DNA from: a virus
Taxonomy: Duplodnaviria > Caudoviricetes
Reading direction: 5' to 3' (one strand)
IMG/VR virus record: IMGVR_UViG_3300011337_000669
DNA length: 64,000 nt
A program made the position numbers and the translations under genes. The notes under the pieces are model-generated. The model was not told the DNA's origin, made no database searches, and was given only the letters and a program-made list of their open reading frames with translations. Below, in pieces: positions 49,674-59,285 of the stretch (its first letter is position 1; each line of letters starts with the position of its first letter).

Positions 49674-51176
49674 ATGTCAATCTTAAGGTCTTACATAAAT
49701 AAAAACAATACCATCATTTCAAACTCATATGTCAATACGGGTAGAAACCCTGTAATTGAGTTGAATTTTGGCGCTTCAAATTTAATTGTCCCAAACTTTG
49801 GTTACACAAGATTTATCTTTGATTTAGATTTATCTTTATTAGAGGAAAATATAATTTCAGGTGTCATATCTACAGGATGTACTTCCGCTATGACTCACAC
49901 CCTGAAAATGACCAACACATCTTCATTTGATAATGAATTACTTAATTCATTTATGTCCAATGAAAGACGAAGAGCAACTTCGTTTGACTTAATATTATGG
50001 AGAATCCCCAAATTTTCAGGTACCACAGGTGAACCCCAATTTTGGGATGAAGGTGTAGGTTATGACTATAATGATTTCAACATCGCACAAAATAGTGCGA
50101 ATGGTGGAATTTCCCCTTTAACATACGTTGACAGTAGAGCATATTCCACACGACCATCTAACTGGTATCAGACGACAACTCTCTCTGGATGGTCTCAAAA
50201 TGGTATCTACAACAATAAGAATGAAGGGTCTGTAAACTATTCAGGTTTGACCATTGTTGCTCGACAACATTTCGAACTCGGAAACGAAGATTTGAACATG
50301 GATATGACCGCCGAAATTAATGGTATATTGAATGGTTCCATAACTGGAGTCACAGGTTGGGGTATGTCATATCTACCACAAATAGAAAACATCACAGGTC
50401 TTACGGAAAGTTATAGTGTTGCGTTTTTCTCAAGACATACTCAAACTTTTTATCAACCCTATCTTCTAACAAATTACAACGATTTCGTAGAAGACGACAG
50501 AAATCTATTCCTTAAAAACCAAGAAAACAAGTTATTCTTATATGTCTATCAAAATGGGGATTTTGTAAATTTAGATTCTGACCCATTCGTTAGAATTGAA
50601 GATAGAAATGGTACAGCAGTCACAGGTATGGCTTCGCTGACAACTTGTCTTAAAACTAAGGGAATATACGAGGTTACAGTACCTAATGGATTTTCTAACT
50701 ATCCAACACCATGTGTATTTTATGATGTATGGTCTGGTCTTACAATCAATGGACAATCAATACCTAACGTAACAAACCAGTTCACATTACAACCATATAC
50801 ATCAGGTATTCAAATCGGTTCAGTCTCCAAAGACCCTGAAATATTTGGTTTTGACTTCTACGGTATTCTACAAAATGAAAAAATCCTTAATACGGATATT
50901 CGTAAAGTTGGTGTAACAATTAAGAAGGCATACACAGGACAACAACTTCTGTTGAACGTTTCAGGATTTTATCGAGTATATGTAATGGAGGGGACAACTG
51001 AAGTTCAAGTACAAGATTGGACTCCTATAAATCGTACTCCAAATGAATATTATTTCATATTTGATATGAGAGACAAAATACCAAATCAATATTTTGTCGA
51101 TATTCAAGTGAACACTTCGGGAGAAAAAGATACTTATAAAAGACAATTAACATTTTCAATCGTAAATACAAAATGA
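49674..51176 (+). CDS. Hypothetical structural protein (beta-rich)
   Basis: 500-aa ORF preceded by ATATTTATT, next to the spike gene. Confidence 0.55.
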   Translation: MSILRSYINKNNTIISNSYVNTGRNPVIELNFGASNLIVPNFGYTRFIFDLDLSLLEENIISGVISTGCTSAMTHTLKMTNTSSFDNELLNSFMSNERRRATSFDLILWRIPKFSGTTGEPQFWDEGVGYDYNDFNIAQNSANGGISPLTYVDSRAYSTRPSNWYQTTTLSGWSQNGIYNNKNEGSVNYSGLTIVARQHFELGNEDLNMDMTAEINGILNGSITGVTGWGMSYLPQIENITGLTESYSVAFFSRHTQTFYQPYLLTNYNDFVEDDRNLFLKNQENKLFLYVYQNGDFVNLDSDPFVRIEDRNGTAVTGMASLTTCLKTKGIYEVTVPNGFSNYPTPCVFYDVWSGLTINGQSIPNVTNQFTLQPYTSGIQIGSVSKDPEIFGFDFYGILQNEKILNTDIRKVGVTIKKAYTGQQLLLNVSGFYRVYVMEGTTEVQVQDWTPINRTPNEYYFIFDMRDKIPNQYFVDIQVNTSGEKDTYKRQLTFSIVNTK

Positions 51177-51640
51177 GTAAAGTAGTTAAACTAACAGAAA
51201 AGGATTTATCACATTTAGTCAAACGAGTTTTGAGTGAGCAACAAGAATCCGAAAATTATATGTTCTTCAGTAATCTAAAACAAATTGCTAGACAATGTCA
51301 AATGTTATTGGATATGGATGAAGAAATGATTGACCAAATTCTACAAGATGGTCATGATTGGGCAGATGACCACGTCACAGAAGCTAAAGTAAATATGGAC
51401 CAAGTTTTTGATTTCATGATGAATGAAAAAAGAAAAATGGAACAATACGTTGACTATGAAGAAATGACTGAAGGTAGAAAGAAAACGGGTACTAAACTTT
51501 GTGCTAGGGGATTAGCAGCCGCGAAAGGAAAGTTTAAGGTCCACCCCTCAGCCTATTCGAACGGTTACGGAGTCCAAGTATGTAAGGGCAAGATGCCAGG
51601 TTTAGATGGTAAAAAACGTTGTTCGGGAGCATATTGTTAA
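51173..51640 (+). CDS. Hypothetical protein with an LxE-rich leader and a basic Cys-rich C-terminus
   Basis: MSKVVKLTEKDL..VLSEQ; KLCARG..AKGKFKVHPSAYSNGY.VQVCKG. Confidence 0.7.
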   Translation: MSKVVKLTEKDLSHLVKRVLSEQQESENYMFFSNLKQIARQCQMLLDMDEEMIDQILQDGHDWADDHVTEAKVNMDQVFDFMMNEKRKMEQYVDYEEMTEGRKKTGTKLCARGLAAAKGKFKVHPSAYSNGYGVQVCKGKMPGLDGKKRCSGAYC

Positions 51641-51649
51641 AAAATAAAT

Positions 51650-51677
51650 AGGGAATCTTAAGGTTCCCTTTTTTTTT
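51650..51677 (+). terminator. Intrinsic terminator
   Basis: AGGGAATC-TTAA-GGTTCCCT plus a T9 run. Confidence 0.75.
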
Positions 51678-51726
51678 GTCAATCAATTTTCATACTTTTG
51701 TATAGTTATTATATCCCACAAAAGAC

Positions 51727-52122
51727 ATGAAAAAATTCTTCAAAAAACTTTGGATTAAGGTTTTTCTCAAAGTACACAACAGAGTTATCCCACCGATTGA
51801 ATTCGAAGATAACGAAAGAACTTCAGCCTCTATCTGTCGTAAACTTATTAATCACCAAGATTCCAAGTTTTTGATTGCTCCATTATCTCAAAAAAGATAT
51901 ATTAAAAATGAGACCCTTCAGATGTTCGTAGTACTACAAGATGATAGAATCAATATCACCAATCACATTTATAATTATGACATCACAGTACCCTCTCAAA
52001 TGACCCAAAAATTGAATCGTATGTTCGACAACAAAGTCGAAGATGCGAGACTAAAGTTTGAAAAGGAAATGCATAGTCAAGTGAGACACTCACTCAAGAA
52101 AATTTTAGAAAAACTTATTTGA
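51727..52122 (+). CDS. Hypothetical protein
   Basis: 131-aa ORF with TACTTTTG (TAnnTTTG-type element) upstream. Confidence 0.7.
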   Translation: MKKFFKKLWIKVFLKVHNRVIPPIEFEDNERTSASICRKLINHQDSKFLIAPLSQKRYIKNETLQMFVVLQDDRINITNHIYNYDITVPSQMTQKLNRMFDNKVEDARLKFEKEMHSQVRHSLKKILEKLI

Positions 52123-52810
52123 AATTTTCTTTCAAAACCTTTGTAATTAAATCCCTTAATGATTCATTTCGGGATTTTTTTGGTTTATAACTTACCATTG
52201 TTGGTTTATTACCTGTACCTGATTTCGGATTAGCCTTTTCAACCCTCCTTTTTTGTGAACATGCAGATTTTTTCTGAGCGTCCGTCATTTTAGATGCAAC
52301 ACCAGCGGCTCTACACTTTGGATAACCTTTACTATCAGCTTCAGGTCTTCCACAAGGTGGATGTCCTCCACCTTCTTTTTTTCTACAAATATTTACCCAC
52401 GGACCTTTTGGTTGTTTTGAACCTTTAGGTTTTTTCTTAGTACCAAACCAAACCGCCAAATCTTCTTTCAAAAGAGATTCTTTCAATGGATCTCCACTCA
52501 TCGTAGGATTCAGGGCTGATCCTTCTTCGTCATTTTGACCTGTATAAGACTTTTTCATATCCGCCATCATTCCACTTATTTTTTTTGTTCTTTTTTCGAT
52601 TCTTTCTCTTTGTTCAGGTGATTCTTTGTAATCACCATCAGCCTCTTGATAGGCAAGTTCCGCATTCGTATATTTGTATAAAGCATCGGTAAATGGAGCC
52701 AACTGTTCTTCTTCCCACGGTTGTGGGGCTAAAACTATTGGAACCTTGAAACGTCCACTGCTTCCTGTACCCGTCGCTTCTTTTATAATATTTTTTTTCA
52801 TATTATTCAC
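52115..52810 (-). CDS. Hypothetical protein with a basic Cys-rich domain
   Basis: EDLAVWFG...PWVNIC...PPCGR...YPKCR...KKSACSQKR; preceded by TATTTAT. Confidence 0.7.
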   Translation of the reverse strand: MNNMKKNIIKEATGTGSSGRFKVPIVLAPQPWEEEQLAPFTDALYKYTNAELAYQEADGDYKESPEQRERIEKRTKKISGMMADMKKSYTGQNDEEGSALNPTMSGDPLKESLLKEDLAVWFGTKKKPKGSKQPKGPWVNICRKKEGGGHPPCGRPEADSKGYPKCRAAGVASKMTDAQKKSACSQKRRVEKANPKSGTGNKPTMVSYKPKKSRNESLRDLITKVLKENFK

Positions 52811-52839
52811 TATAATAAATATACAGTTAAATCAAAATT

Positions 52840-53064
52840 ATGGAACAAAGACAACCTATTGGATTACTATTTGGAAGCGTTGGGTATTACAGTCCTGACG
52901 ACATCAATTCTATCTGTGACGATATGAATTTAGAACAAGCTTATTTTATGATTATAAAAGCTTTGGAATATTCACATAATTCTAATATCTTTACCCTCCA
53001 AGAATCCGAATTAGCATCAAAATCACTCAGAATACTCAACAATTATTTTACTCAAGAAAAATAA
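52840..53064 (+). CDS. Small hypothetical protein
   Basis: 74-aa ORF filling the gap between genes, protein-like composition. Confidence 0.6.
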   Translation: MEQRQPIGLLFGSVGYYSPDDINSICDDMNLEQAYFMIIKALEYSHNSNIFTLQESELASKSLRILNNYFTQEK

Positions 53065-53069
53065 TCTTT

Positions 53070-53528
53070 ATGAACAAATTTGTAATTTTATTATTTTCAT
53101 TTTTATTATTCGGGTTCAAGAATCCAAATAATAATGATACTCCAATTATTATACATTTTGAACAAATATTGAACGAGTATCGATATTCAAATGGATTGAG
53201 TAAGGTAGTTATAGATGAATCAATAAAGGAGTTTGCCGATGAACGAAGTAGAACTTTGGTTCAGGATTATAGTCACAATGGATTTTCCGAGAATATAAAT
53301 CACCAAAAGTTTTCATTCAGGTTTACAGGAGAAAACATTGGAATGTCAAGAAACAATCAAACTTCTTACCACTCTACAAATTATAATATAGCAATGTATT
53401 GTTTTTTACAATGGAAAAACTCTATTTCACATAACAAACTATTACTTAATAACAAAATAAAAAGGTTCTACCTATCTTACAATAAAAATAAAACCTTTAG
53501 TTACTTTTGTTTCATTGCTATGGATTAA
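53070..53528 (+). CDS. CAP/SCP-domain protein with an N-terminal signal peptide
   Basis: Hydrophobic MNKFVILLFSFLLFG; LNEYR..NGL, SH, GENIG, WKNS.SHN.LLL. Confidence 0.75.
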   Translation: MNKFVILLFSFLLFGFKNPNNNDTPIIIHFEQILNEYRYSNGLSKVVIDESIKEFADERSRTLVQDYSHNGFSENINHQKFSFRFTGENIGMSRNNQTSYHSTNYNIAMYCFLQWKNSISHNKLLLNNKIKRFYLSYNKNKTFSYFCFIAMD

Positions 53529-53545
53529 ACTTATTTGTTATCCTC

Positions 53546-54757
53546 CTAATAAACTTTTTGTGCCATCTTAGCATACCAATCCATTGGGTATAAACTCCAT
53601 ATTTTCTTTTGAGTTTCAATACTTGAATTTTGTATTTGTTTACCCCCACTTTGTAATCCTCGGTCAACTAACCTCCAATCAACATTTTCAGGTTTGTTTG
53701 ATATAAAATTCCAATCTGACGGAAATCCTTTTTTGATATACCAATAAATGAATAACCATGCAGATTGAAATTCTTTACTCTCATTTGGAAATGGAACTTC
53801 AAGTGCGTATGAGTCAGTAACATATGCGTTCCATGGAGCCCAATTTTTTGGTGAAGTGGGTACTTCATTACCACTCATTTGTTTCAAAATTATTACCGGT
53901 ACAGTTTGTCCTCCATTTGGAATTATTGTGGCTTTAAAAGGTGGAAGATTTAATTTTTTAATCGGAGTCTGAACATTGAGTTCCCTATTCATAGTTAATA
54001 GAGCACCAGGTAAAGTTTCTGCTTCCGACTGACTCATACCAAGGACTGCAGCAGGTGCGTAACTATAGTTATAAAATAGTGATGTATTATACTGATTTTT
54101 TGATGCAGATGGTGTTCTCGAGGTTACCACCTGTTCATCGTCAAAAGTCATAGTTGTCTCACCAGGTGTTTCTTTACCAACCACTTCTACCGTTATTTCA
54201 ACAAATTGATGTTTAGTATATTTTGGATCTTTGGCTAGTGCCGAAATTTGAGATGAAGTTAATCCTGGGCTAGGGTTCCAAGGTGTTGTTGTGTCAATAA
54301 TAGGTTGAGTAGTTACAAATTCAGGTAGTTGAGATATGATTCCTTTAGACACAAGTCCATTCATCCAGTTTGTCATAAAAGTTTGAATAGTTTCATACCT
54401 CATTTTACTGAGATCACCCGGATTCAGTTTTTTCTTTGGTGTGACTTCTCTATCATAATTTGGGACTTGAGATTCACTAGATTTTAATTTAATGATGATT
54501 TCATTATTTGGATATTTTTTCAAGAAATCTTCGATTTCCGTTAAATCTATCAGGTTATTAAGATTTACTGCAGATGAACTATGGATTCCACTTGGGAATT
54601 CAACCCGTTTGGTCAAACTAATTGAATCATTTTTGGTTTTGTTATTATTTTGTTCTGATAATATATAAAAATTCTTTGTTGCCGATTCATGAAGAGATAT
54701 AATTCTATTTCTTTCTTCGTTAGATATTTCCCAAGTTTGCTTAATCATACTGTACAA
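53546..54757 (-). CDS. Protein with a leader peptide and a possible OmpA-C-like domain
   Basis: EISNEERNRIISLHES leader; V.FPSG...FLKKYP...IKLKSSES.V.N...LSKMR...FVEITV resembles a divergent OmpA-like fold. Confidence 0.4.
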   Translation of the reverse strand: MYSMIKQTWEISNEERNRIISLHESATKNFYILSEQNNNKTKNDSISLTKRVEFPSGIHSSSAVNLNNLIDLTEIEDFLKKYPNNEIIIKLKSSESQVPNYDREVTPKKKLNPGDLSKMRYETIQTFMTNWMNGLVSKGIISQLPEFVTTQPIIDTTTPWNPSPGLTSSQISALAKDPKYTKHQFVEITVEVVGKETPGETTMTFDDEQVVTSRTPSASKNQYNTSLFYNYSYAPAAVLGMSQSEAETLPGALLTMNRELNVQTPIKKLNLPPFKATIIPNGGQTVPVIILKQMSGNEVPTSPKNWAPWNAYVTDSYALEVPFPNESKEFQSAWLFIYWYIKKGFPSDWNFISNKPENVDWRLVDRGLQSGGKQIQNSSIETQKKIWSLYPMDWYAKMAQKVY

Positions 54758-54779
54758 TTTATTATAAATATCAGGATAT

Positions 54780-54803
54780 AAAAAAAGGGACTATTCAGTC
54801 CCT
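54780..54803 (-). terminator. Intrinsic terminator overlapping the HNH gene end
   Basis: AAAAAAA-GGGACT-ATTC-AGTCCC. Confidence 0.7.
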
Positions 54804-55480
54804 ATTATCTTATTTGATTTACGAATGTTATCCGTTCCCCACATTGGTTGAAGGTTTTCTAAAGACCAACATCTCATAAACTCCTCATCACCCATTTCTT
54901 CTATGTTAAAGGATGTAATTGGTAATTTATGGTCAACGTGCCACTCACCATAGTTATCCCAATTCATATTATTCTCGAATTGAGATTCCAAATGTTTAAT
55001 CAATGATTCAGGTGTATATTGTAATATATCAAAGTAGTGTTTGTTTTTCTCAACATTACTTTCTTTTAACACCTGATAAATCGCAGTTCTGAAATTAGAT
55101 ATTAGTTTATAGAGGGGGTCACTCTCTTTACGATTTCTTTCATAATCACGTTTAGTTTTTCTAATATTTTCTATATTTTTTTCTCGGTATTCTTTAAGAT
55201 ATTCTTTACGATGTTCTTTATTTTTTTCGTTCCAAGTTTTAACGTACTCTCTAACACTATCTTTATTTTTTTCTCTCCATCGTTTATCAGCAACTTGTTT
55301 ACCACCAATATTTTTTCTACCGGATGGGCCCATTATAACACCATTTTCTTTTAACATTCTTAATATTGTTGGTTTACTAATACCGGTTTTTTCAGAAATA
55401 GTATGTGAACCTAACAACTCATCATTATACATTTTAAGTATAATGTTTAATTCATCTTTACTTAATTCTATCTTTTTCAT
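54791..55480 (-). CDS. Free-standing HNH homing endonuclease
   Basis: N-terminal HTH and basic coiled region; WHVDHKLP....CWSLENLQPMW..DNIRKSNK; start placed at ATG 55480 just after a TATTTAT motif. Confidence 0.8.
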   Translation of the reverse strand: MKKIELSKDELNIILKMYNDELLGSHTISEKTGISKPTILRMLKENGVIMGPSGRKNIGGKQVADKRWREKNKDSVREYVKTWNEKNKEHRKEYLKEYREKNIENIRKTKRDYERNRKESDPLYKLISNFRTAIYQVLKESNVEKNKHYFDILQYTPESLIKHLESQFENNMNWDNYGEWHVDHKLPITSFNIEEMGDEEFMRCWSLENLQPMWGTDNIRKSNKIIGTE

Positions 55481-55532
55481 ATATATAAATATAGCATATT
55501 TTACCAAAAAACATATAGTTAATACAAAGATA

Positions 55533-55566
55533 TAAAAAAAAAAGGGACAATTTCTTGTCCCTTTTT
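55533..55566 (-). terminator. Major capsid gene terminator
   Basis: A-run-GGGACAA-TTTC-TTGTCCC-T-run. Confidence 0.8.
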
Positions 55567-55584
55567 ACCATATTGAAATTTCGA

Positions 55585-57375
55585 TTATCTCAATTCTCTT
55601 AAGTCGAATGTTCTAACACCATCAACTGTAATTCTGCCATAGAAGCGGTTATTTACCATCTTCTTCGCGTATCTCGTCATAATACCCTTAATCGGAGTAA
55701 AGTTGAACGGATTGTACATTGTAGGAGTTAATTGTAGAGGTACATACGGTGCGTAGATGTAACCAGTGTCCAATAGAGAAGTTCCTTTGTGACCCATCAA
55801 TACTTGGTTTGGTGGGAAGTAAGGGTCTCTATACACTTGATAACGACCTGCTAATGTACCAACTCTTTCAATACCCATGTTGTATTGATCCTGCTCAGGA
55901 GCTGCGTTTGATACGTGGAAGTATTCCAAGTCATCAAAGATAGCACTGATTTCAGAAGATACAACGATCCAGTTAGCTCCACCTCTCAAAGTTGATTTGT
56001 GGATTTGTGCTGAAATTTGGTTGATTGCAGTGATAAGAGTTTGGTTCCAATCTTTCTGAGTGTAAGGAACTGCGTTAGATCCTAATCTCTTCCATCCATT
56101 GTAATCCCATCTTAAGTTCCAAGCTGCACCTTTTCTAAGGTCTCTCAAGATTTCTCTATCGATTTCAGCTGCAACTTGCTCAGATAACAATGCAGTTAAT
56201 TCAGCTTCAGCGTCGATGTTGTGGAATGCCGCAACGTCCTGAGCCATTTCTGGAGACCACTGTGCTCTTAATTTTCTTTCAGTTACAGAAACTGTTACTG
56301 ACATAAGGTCGAATGAAACTTCACCAATCTTATCTTCGAATTCCAAGTTCTTATAGATTCTATAAGTTGCTGTGAATGCGTTGTTAGCAGCTGCAGTTGA
56401 TTCGAAAGTTGAACCTGTATAACCGTCTAATGAACCACCACAAGTGATACATACTGGTACTTGTAAATCAACCTCTAAATAAATTTTACCTTCAGCATCA
56501 CATAAGTTGTCATATTGACCACCATCTGTTTTAGATTGAGGGAAAGTTAATGTAGCGTTGTTATTACCATACTGAACAATACCTTTACCATATCTTTGAG
56601 TTACTACTCTAAATAAGTAAGGGTTAGAAGTGTTTGCAGAAGTGTAAATGTTTGCTGCAGAACCGTAAACTGTCAAATCAGATAAGAATGCTTCGTTATC
56701 CATTGGTTGACCATCAGGACCGATTAACTTACCAGCTCCATCAGAAGCAAAACCTGACATAACTATCAATACTTTTCTGTAGTTATCCAAAGTGTAAGCA
56801 GAAGGTACCAAGTTGTCAGCTAACCATGCTACAGTTCCAACTTGTGCTGTAATAGCAGAATATTGTCCTTTAGAATAGTCGAACAATCCAGGAGGATCCA
56901 AAGCTGGTTCGTTACCTTCGTAGAATCTGTCGTAAAGATCCTTAGTGTTATTGTAGTCATAACCACTGTTTGGAGTTTGACCAGCAGCAGCGTTTGGAGA
57001 ACCATAAGGTGCGTAGTGCTCAGAAGTACCTGGTTGGTAAGCCTGAATGTTAGGTACGAAGTAGAACAATTTACCGATAGGTAAGTTCATAGCTTGTACT
57101 GAAACGATATCGTTTGCTAATAATTTAGAGAAAACTCTTCTAACGATAGGAAAAACAACTGTTTCAAATGCACCTGTATCAGATGTAGATGATGCTTCGT
57201 TAATTAAGTGTGAAGCTTGGTTTTCATAAAGTTGAGCTACGTTTTCTCTCATGTGACCCTTAAGACCCTCTAAGAATCCTAATTTGTCCCATTTGTTGAT
57301 TGTGTCTTCTTTGATAACTTTAAGGTGCTTAAGACCGATGTTACCTACAAGACCTGATTCTAATAATGCTCCCAT
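55585..57375 (-). CDS. gp23: T4-like major capsid protein
   Basis: DIVSVQAMNLPIGKLFY, VTERKLRAQWSPEMAQDV.AFHNIDAEAEL...EIDREI, YAPYVPL, GIMTRY. Confidence 0.95.
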   Translation of the reverse strand: MGALLESGLVGNIGLKHLKVIKEDTINKWDKLGFLEGLKGHMRENVAQLYENQASHLINEASSTSDTGAFETVVFPIVRRVFSKLLANDIVSVQAMNLPIGKLFYFVPNIQAYQPGTSEHYAPYGSPNAAAGQTPNSGYDYNNTKDLYDRFYEGNEPALDPPGLFDYSKGQYSAITAQVGTVAWLADNLVPSAYTLDNYRKVLIVMSGFASDGAGKLIGPDGQPMDNEAFLSDLTVYGSAANIYTSANTSNPYLFRVVTQRYGKGIVQYGNNNATLTFPQSKTDGGQYDNLCDAEGKIYLEVDLQVPVCITCGGSLDGYTGSTFESTAAANNAFTATYRIYKNLEFEDKIGEVSFDLMSVTVSVTERKLRAQWSPEMAQDVAAFHNIDAEAELTALLSEQVAAEIDREILRDLRKGAAWNLRWDYNGWKRLGSNAVPYTQKDWNQTLITAINQISAQIHKSTLRGGANWIVVSSEISAIFDDLEYFHVSNAAPEQDQYNMGIERVGTLAGRYQVYRDPYFPPNQVLMGHKGTSLLDTGYIYAPYVPLQLTPTMYNPFNFTPIKGIMTRYAKKMVNNRFYGRITVDGVRTFDLRELR

Positions 57376-57422
57376 TTTTAGTATTTTGTTTTGTTTTTTT
57401 TTATTTGTTTATTAAATTTTAA

Positions 57423-58946
57423 TTACCCAATTTTACTCATCAAATCTTTCATTCTTAAGAATTGAGGATTCTCATAAGTTTTTGATTCAATTAGGGTAGT
57501 TGATGAACCTGTAGAAACACCTTTGTTTAATTTAGTTTCAACTGATTCGTTAATTGGTGTTGATTCAGTTTTAGACAATTCGTCCTTAATCGACTTATAA
57601 AGATTTTTAGATTCTTTCAAAGTATCTACGTTATCAAATCTTCTAAGAATGTTAATTTTTTCTTTTTTGGTAGTCGAATGTTCGGTGAATAATCTTGTAG
57701 CGTATGCCAAGTTTGAATTGAAAATAGCAACTTCATTAAGTTTTTCTCTGAAAATATTTAATGCTTTTCTGTATTCTTCATTTTTCTCTCTCAACGTTGC
57801 AACTTCTGATTCTGAGGATTCAACTTTTACTCCGTTATTACCGTAAACATAATTTCTGTTATTAGTAATACCTTTTCTAAGTCCTCTTCCTTCTTTTGAA
57901 CCCATTCCATAAGTTCTAGCAGCCTCTTTGGTTTCTCTTTTTTCAAAACCTGCATCATCTCTACGAGATTTAGTAGTTTTAAGATCCTTTGAAGCCATTT
58001 TACCATGCTTCATTGCCAATCTTTCATCTTCTTTGTCATCGTATCCTTGACCTTCTTTTGTTTCTGCCTTAACAACTTTGGATTTTTGTTCCATATTTTC
58101 ACCTTTCTTGTATTCAAATTTTGGTTTACCAGTACCTACTGATTTAGGTCCTTCCTTCATCTTATCATCGAATCCGCCTTTAGCTTTATCTTTGTAAGTG
58201 AATTTAGGTCCTGACCCAATTCCAACACCTTTAGGTTTTACTGTCGATTTTGCCTCTCTAACAGCTCTTCTATGGTTGTAAGATTCGTCCAAATCTTCGT
58301 CTTCTTCATCCATCATGTCGTCATCTTCCATCATGTCGTCATCTTCCATCATGTCGTCATCTTCCATCATATGCTCATCTTCGTCAAATTCGATTTCATA
58401 CATGACTTCATCTTCCTCAAGGTTATCTCCTTGCCCGAAAATAGCATTGATTACATCTTCTGTATCTAGATCCATTTTTTCCATGTCATCCATTTCATCT
58501 AATTCTTCTTCCTCTTCTTCAGACTCACCAAGCTTAACTAAGTATTCTGAATCAGTGTCATTATCGGTTAAGTGAATGTCTTCACCATCTTTTTTTACGA
58601 TGATACCATCTTCTTCACCCATAGCCTTAAATACCTTCAGAATTTCTTCGTCAGAAGCGTCAGTCAAATCTATTGGACTTTCTTCTGAATCCATATCCAT
58701 GTCCATGTCAAATTCCATGTCCATTTCCATATCATCTTCATTATCAACAGTATCATCCATATCGATGTCTGTATCTAATTCAACCTCATCTTCCATGTCT
58801 TGTTCTGATAGAGATTCTTTTACTAACTGATTGATTTCTTCCTTCATAGTAGAAGCAAGTATTCCTTTTGCGTTCTGGGCGATTGCTTCTTCAACATTTT
58901 TCATTTGAATTAACGCCTCCTGTACTAAGTTTTTATTTTCTTGCAT
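57423..58946 (-). CDS. Prohead scaffolding/core protein
   Basis: Very acidic N-terminal half, basic middle and coiled-coil C-terminus; lies between the protease and MCP genes. Confidence 0.7.
   Translation of the reverse strand: MQENKNLVQEALIQMKNVEEAIAQNAKGILASTMKEEINQLVKESLSEQDMEDEVELDTDIDMDDTVDNEDDMEMDMEFDMDMDMDSEESPIDLTDASDEEILKVFKAMGEEDGIIVKKDGEDIHLTDNDTDSEYLVKLGESEEEEEELDEMDDMEKMDLDTEDVINAIFGQGDNLEEDEVMYEIEFDEDEHMMEDDDMMEDDDMMEDDDMMDEEDEDLDESYNHRRAVREAKSTVKPKGVGIGSGPKFTYKDKAKGGFDDKMKEGPKSVGTGKPKFEYKKGENMEQKSKVVKAETKEGQGYDDKEDERLAMKHGKMASKDLKTTKSRRDDAGFEKRETKEAARTYGMGSKEGRGLRKGITNNRNYVYGNNGVKVESSESEVATLREKNEEYRKALNIFREKLNEVAIFNSNLAYATRLFTEHSTTKKEKINILRRFDNVDTLKESKNLYKSIKDELSKTESTPINESVETKLNKGVSTGSSTTLIESKTYENPQFLRMKDLMSKIG
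58310..58372. repeat. 18-bp tandem repeat encoding MMEDDD, about 3.5 copies
   Basis: tccatcatgtcgtcatct unit repeated. Confidence 0.9.
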
Positions 58947-59020
58947 AGAAAAAATTTGTTTAATTTATCTTATAAATAGTACCAAATTGAAAAAAAGTCA
59001 TTTTACAATATCCCCAAAAT

Positions 59021-59049
59021 AAAAAAAGTGGTCTATTGACCACTTCATT
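59021..59049 (-). terminator. Intrinsic terminator
   Basis: AAAAAAAGTGGTC-TATT-GACCACTT. Confidence 0.75.
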
Positions 59050-59071
59050 TGTTTCAGTTTAATAATGTTGA

Positions 59072-59281
59072 TTACTCAATCACCTCGTCGATTTTACTTT
59101 CAGACACAGCGGTGATTCTCCAATCATGAGTAAATCCCTCATACTTCTTGGTGACTTTTGCCTCCACGTCTGTGACAGAGTAACCTTTTACCAATTTCTC
59201 TTCTCTAACTTTTTTAATTTTGCCTGTGTTTTCATCAGGAAAATCATACTGAATTTTTGCTACAAAATATTTTTCTTCCAT
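59072..59281 (-). CDS. Small hypothetical head-module protein
   Basis: 69-aa ORF 4 nt downstream of the protease stop. Confidence 0.7.
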   Translation of the reverse strand: MEEKYFVAKIQYDFPDENTGKIKKVREEKLVKGYSVTDVEAKVTKKYEGFTHDWRITAVSESKIDEVIE

Positions 59282-59285
59282 AATC

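Noticed and set aside
59036-59066. TTGACC...TAATAA as a sigma70 promoter
   Set aside because: Poor match, faces antisense into a gene, and is explained by the terminator hairpin
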